From assembly GCA_964016885.1 (NCBI GenBank), contig CAXHJY010001153.1:1-53014 (forward strand): a DNA stretch of 53,014 nt. Direction: 5' to 3'. A program made the translations under genes and the position numbers. Shown in pieces: positions 13,084 to 25,369 of the stretch; position 1 is the first letter of the stretch; each line of letters starts with the position of its first letter. Below the pieces are notes generated by a model, which was not told where the DNA came from, did not search any database, and was given only the letters and a program-made list of their open reading frames with translations. The DNA is from Eledone cirrhosa. Lineage: Eukaryota.

Positions 13084-13580
13084 CATCCGTTTAGTAATGA
13101 GGAGAGCAAGAATTAGTACTAGATACCATAGCAGAGAGACTAATAATTTATTAAGATTGATACAGTGACCTGTTCTTCTGAATCAACCAATATATATATA
13201 TATATATATGAAAATTATTTTGATTTATTATCAAAAGCTACCACAGTTCATATAGTTGCTAAAACAAATAGTTGAATAGCCCATGTAAATTATCTTTGGG
13301 GTCAGAACAAAAGGTCAACAGAGATACGTTCAGGAATCAAACGGCATGTAGTTTAATTCTTTCAAGCCTGTGTCCAGGTATTTTCTGCTTCAAATGGTAA
13401 TTTACCTGACTTATTCAATTATTTTCTTAGTTATATAAATTGTAGCAGTTTTTGATAATAAAAGCAAACACATTTCAAACTTTCCCAATTCCTTCATATA
13501 AACATCATATATATATATGTATACACACACACACACACACACATATATATACACATACATACATATATATATATATACAT

Positions 13581-13621
<41 letters not shown>

Positions 13622-14024
13622 CACACACACATATATATATATACATATATAAAACAACTCTATGCAAACCTGTTGTGTCAGAATATATATTTTTGTGTGT
13701 ATCTGTTCTGTTTCTCTTACTGTTTTATATTTTTTGTTGTTTTCATTGGGCTTTTTAGCTAAACATTATTTTATTCTTTACCGTTGACATACAATAATTT
13801 TTTTTTCTATCATGATCACCATCTTATGTCTGTTTTACCAGTGGTAAAATATATATATATGTATTTATGTACACATACACATAATTCTTTACGCTTTTCT
13901 TCTTTCAAGAACAAGAATCAAAATATTTAAAAAAAAAAAATAAAATTAAGAATTAAAAAAAAAAAATGATCTTTAGCTTCTTTTGAAGAGAAGAAAAAAA
14001 TATTTTTAACAAGTTATTTTTTCT

Positions 14025-15177
14025 TTAACTAGGACAAGACACTTGGCAGGGATCTGATCCATGTATGGATTGTAGATGGCTTTGCAAAGTGTGGTTCTGA
14101 GAGAAATTCTTGCCACATATATCACAGTGGAAAGGTTTCCTATTTGAAATATTTCGGACACTGTCAGATAGGTGGATGATTTTATGTTTCTGAAGATTGC
14201 CTCGAAGTGAAAACTCTTTGCCACAGATTTCGCAGCCAAATGGTTTCAGTCCTGTGTGTATAATTTTGTGCTTCTCCATGTTACCACGCAGAGTGAAAGA
14301 TTTGCCACACACGTTACACTGAAAGAGCTTTTCACCAGTATGTATGATCCGATGCTTCTGTAAGTTTCCACGGAGACCGAACGTTTTGCCGCAGACCTCA
14401 CATGAGAACGGCTTCTCTCCTGAGTGTAGCTTCCTGTGCTTTTGCATGTTGCCTATCAGTGCAAAAGCACGGCCGCAAATGTCGCAGTGAAAGAACTTGC
14501 TCGGGAACGGGGAAGATTTCGAAGTCGGAGCCATTGGCATCATAACCTGAGAAATTGGTGATGGTGTTGAAGACAACGATGATGATGATGGCGGTGGTAG
14601 AGCTGTGGTGGTTGATGTAGGTGGCGTTGGATGTTGAGGAGGTGGTGATGGTGCGTTATCAGCAGATGGGAGCTGCTGGGGTGCCTTGCTTGCTAAAGGA
14701 TTTGTTAAGGAATTTCCCATCGAGCCATCTCCAACTCCATTACGATTGTTGTTAGAGATGTTATGTCTCCTGTTGGTATTGCTGTTGTTGTTGCTACTGT
14801 TATTGCTGCTATTGTTGTTGTTGTTATTGTTACAGCAGCTACTTTGGGACATACGCTGGGAAAGTTGTGATAAATTGGTAGGAAGATGAGGTGAATGCAT
14901 ATGGGTCTGAGGAGGCTGGTTGCGATGGGGCCGGTGATAGTTCCTCAAAATTATCTCCTTTCGACATGATTCACAGTGCTTTTCACTGGCCGAAGGACGA
15001 CCCGGATCTTTATGGAACAAACTTTGTGCAAAAGTGTTTCCGCAGAGGGTGCAGTGCGACACTTTGCAACGGATAGCTTTATAATTCTGCATCATACTTC
15101 CCTGAGGATACATCTGCTTACCAATTGTACCGTAAATGCTACCATCATGCATGGGGGACTTATCTGGACCAAGCATC
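14025..15177 (-). CDS. C2H2 zinc-finger transcription factor, main (last) coding exon
   Basis: Five C-x2-C-x12-H-x3/4-H fingers; the first four are joined by SGEKP/TGEKL/TGLKP linkers. They are preceded by Pro/Ser-rich and poly-Asn low-complexity regions. A T-rich tract and AG acceptor (ttattag|G ATG CTT) lie at 15179-15178, so the ORF-track start at 15242 is intronic. Confidence 0.93.
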
Positions 15178-15692
15178 CTAATAAAAAAAAAAACAAAAAA
15201 AAACATGACACATACAGTCTGCTTTTTGTTAAAACTATTCAAATTTCTATGAAGTTCATTAATTTGAAGAAAATGTGAAGGAATTTGAGGACACTAATAA
15301 ATTCTTTACATTCACTCTTGATCACAAAACTGTAGGAGATGGTTAGAGTGGAATGAAACTACCAAAGTAATTATTTAACAACATTAGAGAGAGGAAAGGT
15401 AAAGTTAATCTCAGAATCTAAAAGAACAGAACTGAATATCACATTGTATCTTGTCCAGGATTCTAGTGGTTCACTGCTGTTTTTCTTGGCCATAAAAAAA
15501 TAAAAATGTTGATATATCAAATCTTACTCTTTATTCTTGACAATATTTGAATTGCTGCTTCGTAGCAAGAAAATTTGTGTATCTATTGTTATTTGGAGAT
15601 AGTAATAATGACATAATAAACCAAATTTTCTTGCTATATAAAATGGCAAAACAGTCAAGAAAGGAAAAGAGTAAGATTTGATATATTAACAC

Positions 15693-16892
15693 CACACTGT
15701 AAAGTGGTTGTGATGGCGACACAACAGAAAGCACCCAGTCCACACTGTAAAGTGGTCATGTAGGTGTCACGACAAAAAGTCCCCAGTACTCACTGCAAAG
15801 TGGTTGTGTAGGTGTCACGACAAAAAGTACCCAGTACTCACTGAAAAGTGGTCATGTAGGTGTCACAACAAAAAGCATCCAGCCTACACTGTAAAGTGGT
15901 CGTGTAGGTGTCATGACAAAAAAACACCCAGTCCACACTGTAAAGTGGTTGTGTAGGTGTCATGGCAAAAAGCATTCAGTCCATACTGTAAAGTAGTCGT
16001 GTATGTGTCACAACAAAAAACACCCAGTCCACACTGTAAAGTGGTCGTGTAGGTGTCATGACAAAAAGCATCCAGTCTACACTGTAAAGTGGTCGTTTAT
16101 GTGTCACAACAAAAAACACCTAGTCCACGCTGTAAAGTGGTTGTTAGGTGTCATAACAAAAAGCACCCAGTCCACACTGTAAAGTGGTTGTGTTGGTGTC
16201 ATGACAAAAAGCACCCAGTCCACAATGTATAGTGGTCATGTAGGTGTCATGACAAAAAGCATCCAGTCCACACTGTAAAGTGGTCGTGTATGTGTCACAA
16301 CAAAAAACACCCAGTCCACACTGTAAAGTGGTCGTGTAGGTGTCATGACAAAAAGCATCCAGTCCATACTGTAAAGTGGTCGTGACAAAAAGCACCCAGT
16401 CCACACTGTAAAGTGGTTGTGTAGGTGTCATAACAAAAAGCATCCAGTCCACACTGCAAAGTGGTTTTGTTGGTGTCATGACAAAAAGCACCCAGTCCAT
16501 ACTGTAAAGTGGTCGTGTAGGTGTCATGACAAAAAGCATCCAGTCCACACTGTAAAGTGGTCGTGTAGGTGTCATGACAAAAAGCATCCAGTCCACACTG
16601 TAAAGTGGTTGTGTAGGTGTCATGACAAAAAGCACCCAGTCCACACTGTAAAGTGGTTGTGTAGGTGTCACGACAAAAAGCATCCAGTCCACACTGTAGA
16701 GTGGTCGTGTAGGTGTCATGACAAAAAGCATCCAGTCCACACTGTAAAGTGGTCGTGTAGGTGTCATGACAAAAAGCACCCAGTCCACACTGTAAAGTGG
16801 TTGTGTAGGTGTCACGACAAAAAGCATCCAGTCCACACTGTAGAGTGGTCGTGAAGATGTCATGACAAAAAGCACCCAGTGCTCACTGTAAA
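15693..16892. repeat. 48-bp minisatellite, about 25 copies, inside a SINE-like element
   Basis: Unit cactgtaaagtggtcgtgtaggtgtcatgacaaaaagcatccagtcca. It continues into the element's 3' part (16893-17048, CCCATGCTAGCATGGAA...GATGAT tail). Confidence 0.95.
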
Positions 16893-17323
16893 TGTGGTCG
16901 GCACAAGGAAGGGTATTCAGCTGCAGAAAACAAGCCAAAATCACTTCTGTATGAGGACATAGTCCCCTGACCTGGCATTTCTGACAACAGGAACTTGTTC
17001 AACCCATGCTAGCATGGAAAAATAGACATTAAACTGATGATAATGATGGGTTTTTTTATGTCCAAGAAAAATAGCAGTGAACCAACAGTTCTAGTCCTGT
17101 TGAAATCATTTCTATAATAAAATAAAGATGCATATACTCTACTAATGTATTGAGTACCTTTTTTTAACTGTGGTCACATCCTGGTACACATCGGGAATCC
17201 ACCTATTATATATAGGGAAAGTGGACATTAAAACAACAATGATGATGATGATATCTACATGTATTATTTCAGAAATTATATATTTAGCAAATAAATATCT
17301 TTGATACTATGTCTCTCTAAAGA

Positions 17324-17503
17324 ATAACTGTTTCTACTTTTGGCACAAGGCCAGCAATTATCCCAGAGTATTACTGGTACTTTATTTTAGCAACCCTGTA
17401 AGGATGAAAGGCAAAGTTAACCTCGGTGGGATTTGAACTCAGACCGTAACTCTGCTGCAAAGCATGGCGTCCGACCCTCTACCAATACTGCCAATCCACC
17501 GCC
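17324..17503 (-). mobile_element. SINE family A, in the zinc-finger gene intron
   Basis: Full-length match to the 5195 copy. Confidence 0.9.
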
Positions 17504-18193
17504 TGGTGGATTGTTAAAGAACAAAGAATCATAAACTCATTTCCTGGAGTATATCTATTCTATAAAAAATATTTGACCCTATGTGGTATATTTTTGATGG
17601 TTTCTTGACATTCTTAAAAATGTTTCTTATAAAAAAAAAATAGAGACACTGGATAATTTATTCCAAGATATACTAGGTAAAATAACCATGGCTTGACAGT
17701 CTGATCATACGTAGTGCCAACCAGGGTTTACATAACTATTACAAATAAATATTAGCATATTAGTGGTATATATTGATAATAAATAATGTACATTTCCTTT
17801 TCTACATCACACACACACGCACTCTCACACATATACACATGATGCATTCATTGATGTTGGTTATGTTGACATCAGCTGAGACATTAACACTTAACATCCT
17901 GTAATATTTTAGCAGAAAATGTCTAAAAATGAGTTAATGCAATTGTTTATAGTATCTTTACTGATGGACATGTGAAAACTTTCAATATTCAATTCTTAAC
18001 ATCCTGTAATATTTTAGCAGAAAATGTCTAAAAATGAATTTGTTAATTCAAATGGTTAAAATAATTTTACTTGTGAACAAATCACTGTAAAAATTTGCAG
18101 TATTAGATTAAAGTAATAGTGCAGTTATAGTGCTGTTTTGTACTTAACACGGTTTCATGTGGCACAATTAAAGAAGAAACTTTGCATACATAC

Positions 18194-18252
18194 CATTCTG
18201 TTGAAGGACGAGAGCCCAAGTTGTCTCGCATCATTGAGTTTGAAGGATGCAT
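18194..18252 (-). CDS. First coding exon of the zinc-finger gene (MHPSNSMMRDNLGSRPSTE-W); whole exon is 18194-18282
   Basis: Acceptor ttattgcag| before 18282 and donor AATG|gtatgt after 18194. TG|G joins in frame to the 15177 exon (59+1153=1212 nt, 403 aa plus stop). An in-frame TGA upstream of the ATG at 18252 marks the 5'UTR. Confidence 0.75.
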
Positions 18253-18389
18253 CTTTCCATCCAATGTAGGGCTTCAGAAAATCTGCAATAAATAAATAAG
18301 GATTATATTTGCAAGTAAGTGTGTATGTATGTATGTGTGTATATATATATATTTACCAAAAAGAAGAACAAGTCAACATCATTGGATAC

Positions 18390-18760
18390 CATCAGGGTTG
18401 CAGGTGTTATATCAGAGTTTTCCTTCTCCTAGAATTCTGCCTTGACAAAGGCTAAGGGGTCATCTCTCCCGGTGATTTTGGTCAAGAGAGTGGGACTGGC
18501 TTTGTGCAGTGCCTTTGCTCACTATAAAAGCTTCACGGCACAGGCATTGCTTTATATCTGGAGATCTCTCTGCACTTGTCGTCACATGGTACCATGGGCC
18601 CAGCAGTATGTGGCAATAATTGTCACAAGTGTAGTGTTTGTACCAGAGTTTTCAAGTCGCTGGCTGGACTAAAATGTCACACTTGTTTAGCGCATCGGTA
18701 GGGGTTCTCCTACATGGATATAAAGTAGTGGCCATACTCAAAAACGAGTTGGCAGCCACC
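18390..18760 (-). mobile_element. Probable RTE-type 5'UTR remnant
   Basis: Minus strand has CCCTTAGCCTTTG...CTAGGAGAAGGAAAACTCTGA, which I recall as a motif of RTE 5' regions; not verified. Confidence 0.4.
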
Positions 18761-18879
18761 ATATATATATATATATATATATATATTCATGAAATTTCAG
18801 TATTCATATACACTCACTGCTTCAAACTTTTTCAATTAATGTTTTATATATATAAACATTGATATTCTACTCAATTGAT

Positions 18880-19870
18880 GTAGGACTTATAACCTTATTT
18901 GGCAATCACAAACTGATCTGGTCCCAAACAATTTGATCCAGCTGGATCACAATCTGAACTTCTTCAATACTGAAAAGAAATAGCTTGCAGATAATTTGGG
19001 ATACTTCAGAATTTTATTCCATTTGGTTACGGATACAGTGACCTCCTACATCCACCTTTGCCACACATCCAACATTGAAGAAGGAGTGAAAGAATTGGTA
19101 ACTTGTGTCCCCAATCTGATATCTACCTCTAGCCCAAGACCACACATGACCATCAGGCCATTTCCCCATCAACTGTGAACAATCTGGCTAGTTCCAGAAT
19201 CGAAAGGATATTGACTCTAGCAAGGGCCTGCTTAATTACTAGGTTCAACTTTGTGTGATGAGTGAAACAAGTTGTATTGGGTGGCATGACAATCCATTAA
19301 GACCCACGGAGTCAAGGTTCTTCCACATCGACAGTTCAATCTCCCACTGACATCAGCTCCAACTATGTGAGCAATGAAGAAACAGAGCTCATCCAAATTG
19401 AGTAAGCCAGTGATGTTGACCACAGGGAAAACATTAACCCAGTCCCCCAAGTATTTGGTACTCTCAGAAAGCAAGCAACATCTTGATTATTGATTGGGAT
19501 TATCAAAGAGAGTTGAAAGTGTCTCTTCAATGTAAGTCCAAGACCTTTCTACTCTGCTCTGCATCAGGAACTGACAAACCCAGCTCCCATCTAATGTAAT
19601 ACGACTTCATTCAGCTTTCTTGTTGGAGCTAGTCCATTTTTGAAAGTTAACAATGTTACCCACAAAAAGGGAGCAAGTATGGATGGAAGAAAAAAAGCAG
19701 AGAAGAGACAGAGATAAGCATTTTGGTAGACCTAGGCCTCTGAATCGTTGGAGGGGGAGGGAGCACAGCATGGCCATAGGACTTTGGAGAAAGACACATC
19801 AACAAAACGGTCGAGTTTTCCAAAGATTGGGTTGACAAAATGTTGCAGAGAAGAATTTATACAAGGAACT
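18880..19870 (-). mobile_element. Heavily decayed LINE (L1/Tx1-like) ORF2 remnant
   Basis: Fragmentary LPLQRFRGLGLP motif (LPxxxGGLG-like); many stop codons. Confidence 0.35.
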
Positions 19871-19979
19871 AGCGCTGAGGATATATAGTAATTTAGGAAT
19901 AGATAGGAGTTTGTTTACCATTACTCTCAGAACACTAAAAATATTTTCACCGAATTAAATAACATACATATATATATAT

Positions 19980-20222
19980 CATCATCATCATCGTTTAACG
20001 TCCATCTTCCACGCTAGCATGGGTTTGGACGGGAATGTTCCCACTTGAGGCAAGATTGATTGTCTTGCTCGTATAGGACTGTCAGGCGGGTTTTCTACGG
20101 CTGGATGCCCTTCCTAACACCAACCACATTTACAGTGTGGAACTGGGAGGTTTTTACTGTGTTACCTACGCGGCCACATTACAGCGTGGACTGTGTGTTT
20201 TTTTGTCGTGACACCTACACGC
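19980..20222 (-). mobile_element. RTE-tailed SINE-like element with about two copies of the 48-bp unit
   Basis: (CAT)n-CGTTTAACGTCCATCTTCCACGCTAGCATGGG tail, then CTACGGCTGGATGCCCTTCCTAAC. Further copies at 20486-20528 and 20610-20835. Confidence 0.8.
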
Positions 20223-20861
20223 CCTCATTTGTTTCGGACTGGATGTTGTGGTACCAACATAACTTTACATTGGAAGGGGTGGGGTGGGGGTAGTGGGGCC
20301 GGGGTGTATTTTTGTTAGAGGTGCCTACTGACTGTAGGTTTCGCTTTGTACTTAGGCAAGGCGGGTCTTTTGTATTACTGTGTATCGCCAAAGATCTCGG
20401 TCCAGTGACATTGTCTTGGAGAGGTGTAAGTGTGTGAGGTCGGAATTTAGCAAGTCGTCCCAGGTATATATATATATATATATACATCATCATCATCTTT
20501 GTTTAACGTCCATCTTCCACGCTAGCATATATATATATACACACACACACACATATATATATATATACACACACATATATACATACATATACATATATAT
20601 ATACATATACATCATCATCATCATCACCGTTTTACGTCCATTCTTCCACGCTAGCATGGGTTAGACGGGTTGTCCTGTTGTGGGCAGCGTGCGGTCGGCT
20701 GACGCTGTCTTGCTCATACGGGAACTGATTCTGGCTTGATTTCTACACCTGGATGCCCTTCCTAACACCAACTTCATTTACAGTGAGTGCTGGGTGCTTT
20801 TTTGCTGTGGCACCTCCACGACCACTTTGCAGTGGAATGATATGGACCCCAGTCCCTATTA

Positions 20862-21004
20862 TCTCATTTCTACAGCTGAGTAAACTGGAGCAATGTGAAA
20901 TAAAGTGTCTTGCTCAAGGAACCAACACATCACCCGGTCCGAGAATTGAACTCACAACCTTTCGATTGCAAGCCCAATGCTCTAACCTCCAAGCCATGCG
21001 CCTT
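20862..21004 (-). mobile_element. SINE family B
   Basis: Reverse complement of the family B head plus TTGCTCCAGTTTACTCAGCTG. Confidence 0.75.
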
Positions 21005-21151
21005 CACATACATATACATCATCATCATCATTTTACATCCGCTTTTCCCTGCTTGCAATGTATATACATGCATATACATATATATATATACATATATATA
21101 CATATACATACATATATATGCATACATACATATATATACATATATATATAT

Positions 21152-21894
21152 ATGGGTACACAAGAGATGTAGCGGAATAGCAGGCAAACTAACAGGTAGG
21201 GAGAAATACGTATGCAGTAGATGTACAGGGAAATTAGACAGTAGAAGTCGCATTGATAGACACATTTTTCAAATGCAGGCGGGTGTTATAGAAGTGGTGG
21301 ATAACTTCCGGTACCTAGGAGATCAGATTAGCATGGGAGGGGGGGTGTTCTGAGGCCATAGTATCTAGAATAAGGACGGGTTGGAAGAAGTTTAGGGAGC
21401 TGCTTCCTCTGCTGATGAAGAAGGGTTTCTCCCTGCATACGAAAGGCCGGTTATATGATGCCTGTGTGAGGAGCGCGATGCTGCATGTTAGTGAGACACG
21501 GGCAGCAACTGTAGAGGATATGCGACAGCTGGAGAGAAATGAGGCAAGCATGCTCCGTTGGATGTGCAGTGTCAATGTGCGTGAACGACCCAGCATGAAT
21601 GTGTTGAGAGGGATAGAATGTAGTGTGCGAGAGAGGAGACTGAGGTGGTATGGACATGTGATGCACATGGAGGATGACCGATGGGTGAAGAAGTGCCAGG
21701 AAATGCCAGTTGAAGGAAGACATGGTAGAGGTAGACCACGAAAAACATGGACGGAGGTGGTGAGAACAGACCTCAGATCGCTGAAGCTCACGGTGGAGAT
21801 GACAAAGGACCGTGACAAGTGGAGAGATACTGTGCTGAATAAGACCCATCCCACGCTTGCAAGCAGGGAAGAGCAGACGTAAAATGATGATGAT
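21152..21894 (+). mobile_element. 5'-truncated RTE LINE (RT C-terminus and tail)
   Basis: WVHKRCSGI...VVDNFRYLGD, a frameshift, then GWKKFRELLPLL...RRLRWYGHV...GRGRPRKTW and a (GAT)n tail. Confidence 0.92.
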
Positions 21895-21898
21895 ATAT

Positions 21899-22247
21899 AT
21901 AAATTAATAAAAACAAAGAACAAGTTCCTTATATTAAAAAATTCATCATTTTACGATCGTTTCTGGGATGTATATGTGTGTGTTGGTATGTATATCATAT
22001 AGATCTATGTAAAAATATTACAAATTATCAGAGGAAATATATATACCTTCACATATACATGCCGTCCTCAGAAATGATATACGGCATGTATATGTGAAGG
22101 TATGTATATTTCCTCTGATAATTTGTAATATTTTTACATAGATCTATATGATATACATACCAACACACACATATACATCCCAGAAACGATCGTAAAATGA
22201 TGAATTTTTTAATATAAGGAACTTGTTCTTTGTTTTTATTAATTTAT
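21899..22247. repeat. Long near-perfect inverted repeat (167-bp arms, 15-nt spacer)
   Basis: 21899-22065 is the reverse complement of 22081-22247, with one mismatch seen. Confidence 0.95.
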
Positions 22248-22383
22248 CTTGACTCTTGTTTTCCTATGATTTTTATCGTAAATTTTGAATGCATCTTCTC
22301 TTTTCATGATATCTTCTATATTTGGATTACATCGAGTTCTTCAGACGGATTGGACACTACCGTATATTTTGGTAGATTTATCT

Positions 22384-22505
<122 letters not shown>

Positions 22506-22906
22506 AGAAACGTAGACTGTTTATTTAATAATTTTTTAAATATAAGAATTTATGAATGAAGAATGAATGCTTATAACGTGTGTATGGAGTATTTTATTTT
22601 CCTTCTTTCATTTTGACAAATGGAATAATTCATTCAGAAAAAAACACAAATTCCATTTATCAATTTCTTTTCGTCTCTTTTTATCAGATTGCCAATTTCT
22701 TTCATACTATATTTGTAGTACTTGGACTTGAGTGGGTTTATGAATAGTTTTAGCCTACTGCGACCGTAGTGAATTATATAACCTTATTTATTTCATTTGA
22801 TCTTATTTGAACTTAATAACTCAAGTTAAGTATTCATATCATTACTTTGTATTAAAAAAAAACAAGGAATTAAAATATATATATATATTAAATAATTTTA
22901 TTTTAC

Positions 22907-22960
22907 CTGTATTACCCACTGAAAAAAAGTATACTCTCAGAAGTACCCGTCACATGACAA
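22907..22960 (-). other. Possible non-coding first exon or promoter of the zinc-finger gene
   Basis: Donor-like ACAG|gtaaaa at 22907/22906 and an E-box-like GTCATGTGAC at 22949-22958, in unique AT-rich sequence. Boundaries are speculative. Confidence 0.25.
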
Positions 22961-24338
22961 TTAAGCTACCTGTTAATTAACTATAATTTATTAAAGCGTT
23001 AACTCACTAAATGTTATTGAATTAATCGCACTTTTTACGCAAATAACAAAGGAAAAATAAAAACGTAAAATGCTAAAGAAGCCACACGAACGAAATGAAT
23101 TTCATTCTATAAAATTTCAAATAAACGCGCCTAATTTTAATGAGATATAATAAAATAAAAATTAAATAGAGAAATATAACTGATTTTTTCCGACTTTGAT
23201 GATCATCACGAGAAGAGAAAGGAAATCATTGCAGATCCACTACAGCCAAATAACGCTTAGAACTAATCGACTTTATAATAGAAATTGTAGTCGTACTAAT
23301 AAATGTACTATAGCACATAATAGCATTGAAAGCCTGTATCAGAATTAATGGCTCCAAGTTCAATTGTAAAGGATGTGTGATATTTCACGTTTTAATAAGG
23401 TGTTTTTCGGACAATAGGGGAATAACGTATTCATAGAAACAATTAAAAGGTAGATGTACATAAAAGATTAGTTTGATTTTCAGTAAAAGCCATAGAAATC
23501 TACTAATAATTCGTTTCAATTAAATATAAAGATATGACATATATATATATTTCTCTTTTCACAATTGGAATAATGGGATCTAATCCGTGAGAGAAAACGA
23601 TAGCTGAATAAATAGCTGGATTATTTGAGTTTTAAGAGAAATATACTATTAAATAAAATATAGTTAAACTATTAATTAAATAGAAAGTAGTGTATGAAAC
23701 AGGAAAAAGATGAAACGTCTTTAATTACCGAATTAGTTTCCCCTGTGTTAATTAGACTGTACATTCGCGATGGAGAAATAAATGATAGAAAGAATGATTG
23801 AGGGGCAAAATGTAAAAGCTTTTATAAAGAACAAATGATAATACCTGGAGTAAATAATCGTAGTAATTCAGCTATTCAAATTATCTGGTCATCATTAGTT
23901 ATATTCGATATATATTTTCCATCTCCTTTTGAAACGGTGTTAGACGAGAACAGTTCCACTTCGACCGATTATTAAGAAAATAAAAATGTGTCATGTATAT
24001 ATTTTATATTTAAAAATTTATTCAAGTAGTTAAAATATGAAAAAGTGAAAAGAATATGGATGTTATTCTATACTAATAATTAGATACGAAAAAGCTGGCT
24101 CGATATTCAGTGAAAATATTTAAGATTTCAATATTTATTTTACACGAAGCAAATTACTTCCCTTGCTCTTATATGCGAAAGATAACTATTCATATATACG
24201 TATATATATTATTATTACATATATACGTATATATATTTTGTTTTTTCATGTTAATTTTTGCCGACTTTGGTTTATTTTCTATTCATATTAAAATATGTAA
24301 CTAATTTCTAAGAAATTAGAAATACTCTAAGCTGCATA

Positions 24339-24563
<225 letters not shown>

Positions 24564-24751
24564 ATATATATATATATGTATTTCATATATATATATATGT
24601 ATTTCATATATATATATATATATTTGTTGTAAGGTTGCTTAGATGCGTCCATAGGCGGAATGCTGGTTGATATATAAATATATATATATATATATATTCA
24701 TTTATTATGAAGTGCTGTTGGCTTTTCGCTGCAGTGTTTTCTATACCTTTC

Positions 24752-24800
<49 letters not shown>

Positions 24801-24822
24801 TTTATTATGGCTAAGTGGTGAC

Positions 24823-24873
24823 CCTTGTTACTCTGGAGCTTCACCTGCACATTCAAAGGATCATCAGATAAGA
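24823..24873 (-). ncRNA. Hammerhead ribozyme variant, partly degenerate
   Basis: UCUUAU-CUGAUGA-U-CCU-[10 nt]-AGG-U-GAAG-CUC-CA-GAG-UA-ACAAGG. GAAA is changed to GAAG. Followed by AATAAA and then (TA)n. Confidence 0.6.
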
Positions 24874-25087
24874 CTAAATTTTCGATAAAAGAGACAGTAT
24901 TAATAGCAAGACTCGAGGGAGATGATGGATAAATGTTATTGAATGAATATGTAGGGAGGGAAAGAAGGGTGTTATGAAAAGAACAAGGCAAAAAGAAAAA
25001 GAAAGAAAGTAATATAAGGAAGGTATGTGTGATGATGATGATAATGCAGTTGATGATTGGAATTAATAAAAGGGGTGAAGTTTTGGG

Positions 25088-25118
<31 letters not shown>

Positions 25119-25369
25119 AAATAGGGTAAATGAGAGGAAAATATTCACCCTAACCAATTAATATACATCCACCTACCCATCCAAGTAATTTTCCATTCAT
25201 ACATGTTGAAGGTTGATGAATTGCAACTCGGTAAGCAGCTTCCAAGTAATGGTCAGATGAGGATTGGGGACCCATTCACAAGTGCTATATATCAGAATGT
25301 GTTAAAATGTGTAAAATGACTATGACTGGTGTGTGTTTGTGTGTGTATAACAAGTAGGTACCAGCAAAT

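Noticed and set aside
15178-15242. ORF-track N-terminus MNSFNKKQTVCVMFFFVFFFIR
   Set aside because: This is the intron's polypyrimidine tract and splice acceptor.
16144-16944. 266-aa and 145-aa repeat ORFs (one Cys/His-rich)
   Set aside because: Artefacts of the 48-bp SINE-derived array in an intron.
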